A stretch of 63,421 bases of DNA, filler included, from Pelomyxa schiedti (Eukaryota > Protista > Evosea): assembly GCA_020536535.1 (NCBI GenBank). It is 22 parts of 22 records of this genome, joined end to end, with 100 filler letters (N's around TTAATTAATTAA, not from the genome) between each part and the next. Parts side by side here need not be neighbours in the genome. Positions count along the whole stretch, not along the records: positions 18,070 to 23,892 come from JAHLWZ010001468.1; positions 23,993 to 25,176 come from JAHLWZ010002728.1; positions 25,277 to 35,479 come from JAHLWZ010000084.1; 19 more parts are not named here. One strand, given 5' to 3'. Position numbers and translations under genes: made by a program. Position 1 is the first letter of the stretch, and every line of letters starts with the position of its first letter. The notes beneath the pieces were generated by a model. That model saw nothing but the letters and a program-made list of their open reading frames with translations, was not told where the DNA came from and did not search any database. Of this stretch, positions 22,637 to 32,794 are shown in pieces.

Positions 22637-23839
22637 TCACAACAAGAACGAGAAAAGGTGACCAATTTGGTCCACTGCCAGTGAAGTTTCCAATGTGATC
22701 ACTGTGGAACCAGAATCGTAATCAGTGACAACGATGCAGTGATCATCCCTCATGTGAAACAGGAGTCCAGAATGCGCAATTGCCATCTGGCAGTGTTCAA
22801 CGTGGTCCACAATCCTCAGGGAACGCGAGGGACTGTTGCAATCCCAAATCTCCACTCTGTGTGGGCAGGAGACACAGAAAAGCCTCTTGTTCAACTGTGA
22901 CAGAGCAACACTGCCTTCAATGAAGTTGTAAACGGTTGTGTTGATTTCATGTGAGCCTGAAGTGCACTCCCTGAACTGGAGGAGGATGAATTTTGAGTCA
23001 TAAACCATCACAACGAAGGAACGCTCCTTGGATTCGGTCTGAAGAACAAGAACCTTTGGAATCGAGCAGGTTTTGGAGATGGTTCCAGGAGGTAGCCCGG
23101 TTCTCGAAGCAACCTGTGTGCACTGAAGGTCGAACCAGGTCATTGCAACGTTGAATATACACAGCTCAACAGCATCAGGCAGCATGGACGCCAACACAGC
23201 TTCGTCGTGGCGACTCTGGTTCATGAATACATTCACCACGTTCACCCTTTCTGGCATTGGAATTTCAAGGGGAGTTGTGGCACCCAAACCACTTGGCTCC
23301 AGCAACAGGTTCCCAATCACAACCCTTGTGTTCCTGGGATCATGCAAAACAAGCCACCTGTGGTTCATGGCACTGTACTCCCCTGATTGGGTCCACAACG
23401 AGGTTTCATATCCACAGTCACTGATCCCACGTGGCGGCTTCTTCTTGTTCTCAGCGGAATTGAACATCATCCTCCTCATGACGTGGAATGACCAGCATGT
23501 ATAAAACGCCCTCCTCTCTACCACATTCAAGTGATTGGCACCAATCATTTCACAAGCAGACGAGGAACTCGGCCTCTGAAGTGGTGGCGTCGGCACGACC
23601 CCGTGTGTGATTGGCGACACCCCAAACGTGAACAACTCCGAGTGTTTGTGCCTCGGCGCGGCCTCGACGCTGAAGTGCATTGTGGGACACCCCGAGACCC
23701 ACTCCCACACGAGCCGGGCGACCGAGGACGCAGACACGCCGTCCCACAATGGCAAAACGCGAGCGAGGGGTGTGTCGTGGCCGCACCTCGGGTGCCCCAT
23801 CGTGCACAGTGCAACAAACTGCGAAACAAGATTGACCAT
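22637..23839 (-). CDS. HPRCG-box family protein, triplicated subfamily copy C
   Basis: SQFVALCTMGHPRCGHDTPLARVLP; C-terminal peptide and 3' flank match copy A. Confidence 0.9.
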   Translation of the reverse strand: MVNLVSQFVALCTMGHPRCGHDTPLARVLPLWDGVSASSVARLVWEWVSGCPTMHFSVEAAPRHKHSELFTFGVSPITHGVVPTPPLQRPSSSSACEMIGANHLNVVERRAFYTCWSFHVMRRMMFNSAENKKKPPRGISDCGYETSLWTQSGEYSAMNHRWLVLHDPRNTRVVIGNLLLEPSGLGATTPLEIPMPERVNVVNVFMNQSRHDEAVLASMLPDAVELCIFNVAMTWFDLQCTQVASRTGLPPGTISKTCSIPKVLVLQTESKERSFVVMVYDSKFILLQFRECTSGSHEINTTVYNFIEGSVALSQLNKRLFCVSCPHRVEIWDCNSPSRSLRIVDHVEHCQMAIAHSGLLFHMRDDHCIVVTDYDSGSTVITLETSLAVDQIGHLFSFLL

Positions 23840-25276
23840 CCACAGACTGTGATTAGGTTTAGGCTGTTCGCTGAACAACTCCCTGATCGGTTNNNNNNNN
23901 NNNNNNNNNNNNNNNNNNNNNNNNNNNNNNNNNNNNTTAATTAATTAANNNNNNNNNNNNNNNNNNNNNNNNNNNNNNNNNNNNNNNNNNNNCTTGGCTG
24001 GCGGACTTTTTAAAGAAGAGAAAGGAAAAGCCTACTGCGGAAGCTGCCACCAAAAATTGTTTTGTTAGGGAGGAAAAAAACAAACACTACATTTCTGTCT
24101 CTTTTTTTTTTTGTAAACCACCAACCTTTACGTCCTGTGATTTGGTTTGGTGCTGTGAATCCAATTCGGTCTCTCTCAGCTTACGACGAGTTCCAACACA
24201 GGAAAAACAAAAACTTGGGCTTGCCCAACGAGGAGACCGCCAGGAATTCTTGGTTCCTCCACGCCCCCTTGCCCATAATTCAGTTTGGAGCACTCAACAC
24301 TGTGCGGAACGGAAGGGAAATTCGGCTCTTTTCTCGGTTGGTTGAAGTGCATAAAGTGACTTTACTTCCTCGAAATCCACAAATTTGTTTGTTTTAATGC
24401 GAAAAGTACACTGCGTGCGGAACGTATTCATCGAGATGTAATGCCTCGGCATTCGTCTTAGAGGTCTGATTCACCTGCAATGGGTGAATTTGGCTTCACC
24501 AAACCCTCCTGCCGCGTGACACCGTTGCCTGCGAAGGACTACGTGTTGTGGGGCACTCCTCAAAAAACTCTTGTGAAGCACGCAACCACAACAACCAACC
24601 AAATTTTTTTACCAGTTTTTCACCCTTGAGGAAACAAATACATGGTTGTCTTGGGACAAGGCTATAAAACACGTGGCACAGGGTTCTAAACTCCACATCA
24701 CAGTAATGGTCACGTTGTAGGGAGACTTCGTGGGCCAACAGCCTCTTTGGTATGACGCAGGGCCTTTAGGCATTACGCCAAGGCCAAGGAAAAGTCGAAT
24801 CTACCAACCAAACACAAACGTACTACCAGCCGAGGCCCCAACTTGGTGTTCCAAGCTTGTCCCACAATCCCGGTGAAATAGAAATTAGCGCCGTGTGTTG
24901 ATTTCGATCTCGAACAGAAACCGTGGTGCTCAGTTGATGTTGTTCATCGAGTTATTGAAAACAGAATTTCAAATCCCTTTCACTGCTACCCCGTGCTGTG
25001 TGAGGATACTCAACAAAATTCATCGAATTACTTCGAATTCTTTCGCGTAGTCCTTCAACAACGCGACGCGGTCACCACATTTTTTGGTTTTTGTTAGCTT
25101 TCATTAATATACAATTCAAATAGGGAAAGGTTGGTGTGTTACAAACACAACCATGTGGCCTGAATAGTGCTGGGGGNNNNNNNNNNNNNNNNNNNNNNNN
25201 NNNNNNNNNNNNNNNNNNNNTTAATTAATTAANNNNNNNNNNNNNNNNNNNNNNNNNNNNNNNNNNNNNNNNNNNN

Positions 25277-27156
25277 GCGCCACTCTCTCTGTCAGTGCCT
25301 TGATTGAGACCAGTGTCCCACCACTCCCATGAACTTCAGCCGGCTGGAGGTTGTATTGCACTGATGCAAAATCATTGTCATCAAGGATCTCCTTGAGTGT
25401 GTGGATGTTGATGTGGTGGGTGATGTTCTTTGCTGAGAGGCATGGTGTCATTGCACCTGATGACACAAGATGTGTGCACTCACAGAGTGTTTCTTTCAGC
25501 TTCTTGTCTGCTGCAATCATGCCCACAATGTCGCTGGACTTGGCGATTTCGTGTGCTCTCGTGATTGTTCTTTTGTGTGTTGACATGCACACCTCGAGGC
25601 ACTCTTTGTGTTCTTTCACATTTGATTCTGTGGTTTTGGTTTGTTGATTTGTCTGAAAAGCAGAAAGAGAGGCAACATACTGATAAACAATGAAAGCAAA
25701 GTGCAGTCTGAGACCACTTTGCTGACCTGCTGTTTCATGGAACACAAGATTGCGTTGGTCTCTGTCTCAACATCGGCTACAATTGACTGAAGAGTTTTGT
25801 CAGACTCCAAAATGGAAGCCTCACATTTTTTAATTGCTTCACGTTCGAGTTCAACTGTTTCCTCAAGCTTGGAAATAGAACCTAGCACACAGTAGAAAGG
25901 TTGACCCAAACTCCACACTGGTTTTTGAATTACACACTTAAAATGGATTCACGGACTTGAGTGCCAATTTCATCAAGTGGGACACACTTGTGAGTGGTAT
26001 GCAAAGAACTGACGTGGCACAAGTAACACATTGGTGTATGGTCTTCCAAGCAGAACAGATCAAGATCCTTCTTTGGGTGTTTGGGGNNNNNNNNNNNNNN
26101 NNNNNNNNNNNNNNNNNNNNNNNNNNNNNNNNNNNNNNNNNNNNNNNNNNNNNNNNNNNNNNNNNNNNNNNNNNNNNNNNNNNNNNAATTTCATCAAGTG
26201 GGACACACTTGTGAGTGGTATGCAAAGAACTGACGTGGCACAAGTAACACATTGGTGTATGGTCTTCCAAGCAGAACAGATCAAGATCCTTCTTTGGGTG
26301 TTTGGGGCATTTGTGTTCCTCAGTCAAAACGGGTGATGTGGTGATTGGTTCCCCCTGAGTGTGATGAATAATTGTATTCTTCACAATTAATGAACCTTGT
26401 GAGACTTGAGTCCTGGTGCTTTGTGACGGATGTGGAAGCATGATTCACAGAACAACATCCCTTTGCACCGCAGACAAGTCATCGTTGCTTTCTTGGCAAC
26501 TGAGTTCTCATCCATGCAATACCCAAGCATGCACAATCCTTCCTCTGGCTCCTGACAAAAAGAAAGTAAACGGCAACAAGGGAGACACACACCTCCTCTT
26601 TTTCTTTCATCACCTGGAGCAGGTAATCACGAGTGGTGACATCAGGGATGAGCATTGACACATCACTCACCCTCAATGATTTTGCACCACACCCCAAAAC
26701 TGGGCATTGAACACTCACACCAGTATTAAGTGCTTCACATGTATTATCGCTTGACTTGTGGGTGGTGGTCCCTGTTGTGCCTCAGCTATTGCTTTGTTTT
26801 TTTTTACATAAATATAAATATATATGCATATGTGTTCACGCCGTCTGACAAGCGTAGAATATGAAGATGGAACCTGGTTGAGAGCTGCCACTCGCGGTTG
26901 TGGACAGAGACACCGAGGACACGGACAGCGGGGCGCGCTCACGCAACATGGTGAGTGTTGCCACTGACGCGATGTGGAGGTAGCACCCACGGCACACGAC
27001 GTGCCCACACGACGACGACGACGAGGGTGCGGAGGAGGCAGCTGATTTGGATGCGGGGAACAACACCGGATTGGTTATGGGACACCCCAGCCCGCCGCAC
27101 ACACTGCACTGTGGGACAGGGGGAGGAGGGACAGCGCGCGGCTCCGATGTAATCAT
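25277..27156 (-). CDS. TRIM-like RING/B-box/B-box/coiled-coil protein 1 (multi-exon, 3'-truncated)
   Basis: RING CSVC…CGHVVCRGC…CPVLGC; B-box 1 CMLGYC…CLRCKGMLFCESCFHIRH; B-box 2 CPKHPKKDLDLFCLEDHTPMCYLC…H..HKC; then coiled coil. Confidence 0.8.
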
Positions 27157-27546
27157 ATGAGTAAATAATTCAATTTTCTGGTATAGATTTGGCAAAGTTC
27201 ACCTGTAAAAAAAAATTCGAAAATTCATCAGTTTTAATTTTTTTTTGGTCCTTTTCTCATGGGGGACGGAAGGGTTCAGGAAGATCGTTTGGGCGTCTTC
27301 ATAAATCACCTGCACCCGATGAGACCGGCACATTCTCACCAAACACAACAACGGCGGAGACTCCAGTTAGGAAGTGTGCCTCAATGAATGAAAAAAACAT
27401 TCCACAAAAAGGAAACAAAAATTGACACCAGATTGGCGTTCTGTTTCCCCCCCGTTGTAACCAGAAAATTGAATTATTTACTCATCAGTTTGATCTTTGA
27501 TTATGATTGGGTTGGTTCGTTTTAGGTGAAGCAGTGTGGTGTCACG

Positions 27547-29902
27547 TCACGAAGACAAAGGAGCCTCCAGGACCAGGAAGTCATGCACGTGGCTCGTATC
27601 CCAGCACCTTGTGTATCCGTACTCCTCTGGGTTCCCAAAAGAACAAGGCTGTTTCCTCACGGCTGTGAAACCACCATCACACACTCCATTACCATTGGGA
27701 GTCAAGATTGGCACCTCAAACCCACCAAACGAACTCCTGGATGGCACAGTTGGGACCCCATGGGTAATTACCCACTCGTGGCCTTTGTACCAGGCCTCCT
27801 GCTTGCCCAGCATCTCACACGTGGATATCAGCAGGGTTGCATCCTCTGTGCTTCTGGGGTGGAACCACTGCAGACCAAGTGTAAGGGGCAGATCCTTGTA
27901 CTCTGCTATTGGCTTGCTGCTATCACTCAGAATTATCACCACTGTGCGGCCACAGCTTGTGTACTGCTTGAATCCAAGTGGGGCTACTTGCTGCATCTGA
28001 AGTGTATGAAGCTGTTGCTTGAGGGAATCGTTCTCTGTTGTCAACTGGGTTTGCTTTGTTTCCAGCTGTGCTTTCATTTCTTTGAAGACGATCCTTTCTT
28101 TTTCAAGGGTGTCTTCAAGTTGCACCACTCTATCCTTCAGTGCCTTCATTGTAACACATGTTCCACCACTCCTTTCAGCCAGCTGAAGGTTGTATTGCAC
28201 TGATGCAAAGTCATTGTCATCAAGTACCTCCTTGAGTGCGTGGGTGTTGATGTGGTGGTGATGTTCTTTGCTGAGAAGCATGGTGTCATTGCACCTGATG
28301 ACACAAGATGTGTGCACTCACAGAGTATTTCCTTCAGCTTCTTTTCTGCTGCAATCAGGCTCACAACGTCGCTGGACTTGGCGATTTCGTGTGCTCTCGT
28401 GATTATTCTTTGGTGTGTTGACATGCACACCTCGAGGCACTCTTTGTGTTCTTTCACATGTGCTTCTGTTTGTTTGGTTTGAGTGGTGAGTCAAAGCTGA
28501 AGGGAGAATAGAAAAGAGACACCAATCAAAGAGGAAATCATTGTGCAATCTGCAACCACTTCACTGGTCTTCTGTTTCATGGAATGCAAGATCGAGTTGG
28601 TCTCTGTCTCAACATTGGAGGCAATTGACTGAAGAGTTTTTTCAGACTCCAAAATGGAAGCCTCACATTTTTTAATTGCATCACGTTCAAGTGCCACCAC
28701 CTCCTCAAGTTTGGGTGTCACACCTGCATTCATTTTGAGTCAAACTTCCCGCATTTTTGTTTGGGCATAAAATACACACTCAAAATGGACTCGCGGATCT
28801 GAGGGCCAATTTCATCAAGTGGGACACACTTGTGAGTGGAGTGAGCCGAACTGAATGCACACAGTGAACATATTGGATCCCTTTCCTCCAAGCAGAACAG
28901 ATCAAGATCCTTCTTTGGGTGTTTGGGGCATTTGTGTTCCTCAGTCAAAACGGGTGATGTGGTGATTGGTTCCCCCTGAGTGTGATGAATAATTGTATTC
29001 TTCACAATTAATGAACCTTGTGAGACTTTATTCCAGGTGCTTTGTGATGGATGTGGAAGCACGACTCACAGAACAACATCCCTTTGCACCGCAGACAAGT
29101 CATCGTTGCTTTCTTGGCAACTGAGTTCTCATCCATGCAATACCCAAGCATGCACAATCCCTCCTCTGGCTCCTAGAGGACAAAAAGGTAGTAAGTGACT
29201 GGCTTATTTACTGAACATGCGTGACACACACCTCCTCTTTTTCTTTCATCACCTGGAGCAGGTGATCACGAGTTGTGACATCAGGGATGAGCATTGACAC
29301 ATCACTCACCCTCAATGATGTCACCCCACACCCCAAAACTGGGCATTTAACACTCACACCTGCAGCATTCAGTACCTCACATGTATTGCTTGATCTGTGG
29401 GTGGTAGTCCCTGTTGCAGGTTACTTTTTATTTCATTTATTAATAAAAAGTCATAAGCCCATTGCCTCTTGTTTAAAAAAGGCTATTTAACAAGAGCTGA
29501 CACTTGTCTGTAACTACAGTAATATTTGAAGAAAAAACCTGGCAGAGATAATGGTGTTGATGATACAGATGCCATCTCGCCAGAATGTTGTTGGTCTTCA
29601 TTGTTACAATTATGAGTACTGCCTCCTGACAGAGAGACTGAGGGCATGCACAGTGGGGCACGCTCATGCAACATCATTAGTGTGGCCACCGATGCGATGT
29701 GGCGGTAGCACCCACGGCACACAACGTGCCCACACGACGACGACGAAGACGACGGTGTGGAGGAGGAGGAGGAGGAGGAGGCAGCTGATTTGGACGCGGG
29801 GAACAACACTGGATCGGTTATGGGACACCCCAGCCCGCCGCACACACTGCACTGTGGCAAAGGAGGTACAGCGCCCTGTTGTTGTGGTGACGGAGATGCC
29901 AT
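27547..29902 (-). CDS. TRIM-like RING/B-box/B-box/coiled-coil protein 2 with unknown C-terminal domain
   Basis: Same motifs as paralogue 1; C-terminal ~140 aa (GFKQYTSCGRTVVIILSD…CWDTSHVHDFLVLEAP) not recognised. Confidence 0.82.
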
Positions 29903-29987
29903 TATTTGTTTTACAGTTTGATCAGGGTATTAGGGGAAAAAGGGATGCATACACCCACACCGACGCGATACAGAAGCGTATTAAGTT

Positions 29988-30090
29988 CACCGGAGTGCAA
30001 GTCAAAGGAGAAAAACAGAATTTGTTAGTGAGTAAGGCAGCGTGAAGCTGCCCGATTTTGCCGGGAGTTGTTGGGCGGTTGGCGCGGGGG
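29988..30090 (-). repeat. Dispersed ~110 bp element, copy 2
   Basis: Reverse-complement match to 2721-2838; ends 85 bp upstream of the TRIM-like 2 ATG. Confidence 0.85.
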
Positions 30091-31889
30091 CAGCGCGTTG
30101 AATCGGGTCTCGCGGCGGCTGCGCGGCCTTGAACATAAGTGGGTTTGATTGTTCAGTGGCTTGTGACTTTTGATTATCGTCAACCACCAAAAAAATCGAT
30201 GAGGGGTGGCCATGCCAGCAGTGGACAAGCAGTACTCTCCCATTTGCTTTTTGTTGTCTTCTTCACCACAACTGTTCTATTTGCTTGTTTATTATTTTAT
30301 GTATCGGAGTGGTGTTTTTGATTTTATTATTTAAATAATTATAATGTATGAACTTCTTTATAAATAATTTTAATTACCAGTTCTTTTTTCCCCATTCCAC
30401 ATTACACCAGTATTTATGGCAGCTTTCCACCAGTATGTGGCTTCTTCTTTCTTCGTTTTCTCACGTAGGATAATTTAGGTGCCGGACGTGGTGTCTGTAA
30501 TTCCAGCTGGCTAGGTAACTTCCTTCTGTATTTTATTATACTGGCACGGTGGTATGTAGTTTTTTTTTTTATAGCTGCGCCAGATGGCAACCGCCAATGT
30601 ACATCCCTCCCCCCCTCGTCATCCCACTCAAAGTACTAGGTACCGGACTGGGCACCAGGCCGAATTCCTCACACTCACTCTCACCATCCTCACACCTCTA
30701 TGTACAAGCCTGAAGTCGAAAATCGACTTCAGGCAAAAAAAAAAAGTTTTCTGCCCTTAAGTCCTTGGATACAAAATCGTGCCACGTTATTTTAAATCCA
30801 CATTTTGGAGAGAAGTGGGTGTTGTGGGTACGCATGAGAGTGAAAGAGTAAGAAGGGAAATTTGGGCCTTGTTGTGCACCCGTCACAGTAAAGTGTGGTC
30901 GTTGGAAAGCGGAAAAGCGGGAGAGTGGGTTAGGGAAGTTGGGGTTGGTCAGTCCGGTACTACAACTGTTCAGCAATGACAAAAAAAGGAGAAGGATATG
31001 CGTCAGTGGTTGTCATGTACAGGAGCGTGATTAATGGTTTGGCCATTTCTAAGAGTCGAATTCTTGCCATGAACACTGACGAGCCAATGCTGTGTAGCTC
31101 TGCTGGCGTTGGGTCATGAAAATATCGAATAACAGTTTCCCTCATCACCTCGGTCTGCTGATTCTCCACCTTGGTTTTCAGGGTCTCCTTCACTCCTTGC
31201 TTGCATTGCCACTTTTCTGTGCAGCTTTGTACTTACCCCAAAGATACATACAGGTTCATTTTCTCCTTCTCAGTCCTTTTGCTCTTCTCCCTCTTGTGTT
31301 TGCTTGAAATTTCACTATCCAACGACAACCTAGCTTGCAGGACATGGGCATGGCCTGCAAGATCAGCTGTTCAGCTCTCTGCATGTTCCACTCCACACAC
31401 AAGATGCCCTTACAGTGCCTGCATTTCTGAAACTTTGCGAGTATGCTTATCAGCACAAGCCAATCACTCTGTTTGTGCTGGATGTTGTCTGGGACTGGCA
31501 TGGTTACTTCTCTCCCTTCTTACAGGGGTCTCAATGGCAATGCCTTGAGGACTGCTTTGGATTTTTGATCTCCATTGGAGTTCCCTCAGGTTCCACCCAC
31601 GAATCTGTAGTGGTGCAGTCAAGAAGATTTAACTCACGAGAACAATGGTCAGAATACAGTGCTGATTTGTTTCCTCAGGGAATTCCAACAGGGGTGCCCA
31701 ACACTGTGCCTGCTGATTTTTCAGTTTTCAAGTCCACTGAAATTGCATCCATTTCGAAAGCACTTCCTCCTTCACTTGGTGGAACTCATTACTCTCTACA
31801 CCTTCAACTGTGTTCCCTGCATTTGGTTCAGGCTCTTCAAAAGTGTGTATTTCTGCTTTATACTGTTCTGCCTCTTCATTATTACAATC

Positions 31890-31956
31890 TGTTAGCTTCT
31901 GTGGGCTTGAGAATAAGCCCCACAGAGTAAGAAAATGAGTGAAGTGAAGAATAAAG
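31890..31956. mobile_element. LTR-like terminus fragment (TGTTAG + hairpin)
   Basis: TGTTAGCTTCTGTGGG…CCCACAGAG, shared with 20802, 39135 and 50906. Confidence 0.7.
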
Positions 31957-32330
31957 GGCTTGGTCTCTAGGGCCAGGGCAAAACACTTGGTGCCTCGGGG
32001 GCACGAGGCTGCAGAAGGGCTTGCCACCTGCAGCATCTTTCCCCACATGCACTCTGACACCTGGCGGCATAAATGCACGGTCCGTGGCATCTACTGGCAT
32101 CAGCAGTAACCAACAAAGCTGTGGCGACATGGTTTTTGATAGGGCAGAAAGGGCTTGGTCTCTAGGGCCAGGGCGAAACACTTGGTGCCTCGGGGGCACG
32201 AGGCTGCAGAAGGGCTTGCCACCTGCAGCATCTTTCCCCGCATGCACTCTCACTTCGTTCGCACATTTTTGGGTGGTTTCCCCTTTATTTCTATGTGGAA
32301 ACTGCATGGCTGTGGTATCACTTGCCGAAG
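31953..32330 (-). mobile_element. Decayed RT/RNase H relic with internal 103-bp direct duplication
   Basis: Reverse complement of ~50530-50810 (encodes VTADAS). 31953-32055 is duplicated at 32148-32250. Confidence 0.55.
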
Positions 32331-32794
32331 ATGACATGATTGCTCCAACTCAGTGAATTCATGGAAGTACACAGTGCTGAGGTTAAGTGGGTGCAGGTGG
32401 AAGTAAAGCCTGACATTGCACTCTGTTTGTCAGCCCTTCTGGCATCCAGGGTCCTGGAGTGGGGTTTTTCATAAAAAGGGACTGTACCTTGGTAATAGAT
32501 TTAGTAGGCAGGTCAGCCTACACCTAAATAATATCTGGTGATGACAGGCTTTCATCTCAGCAGCCACACCAATGGCTGGTGGAGATTCTGAAAGTCAGAG
32601 GGCCCTAATGCCAACACTCCCATGTAAATCAGTGTGAATGCGGAAAAGGACCTAGAGATGTGCATCTGTGTTTTTAATTGTTTTTAATTTTTTATGTTGA
32701 GGTAGCACCAGTCTCAGTTTTGTTTTGTTTTGTTTTGTTTTGTTCCTTTTTGACTTGGCTTTTTGGCTAAAAAGGGTGATAATGGGGATTGTTG

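Noticed and set aside
25967-26306. Exact 120-bp direct repeat (apparent extra B-box) flanking a 100-N gap
   Set aside because: Typical unmerged contig overlap across a scaffold gap.
31890-31930. Helitron 3' end (hairpin + CTAA on the minus strand)
   Set aside because: The hairpin is only 2 nt from CTAA, and all four copies continue CA rather than a target T; a TG…CA terminus fits better.
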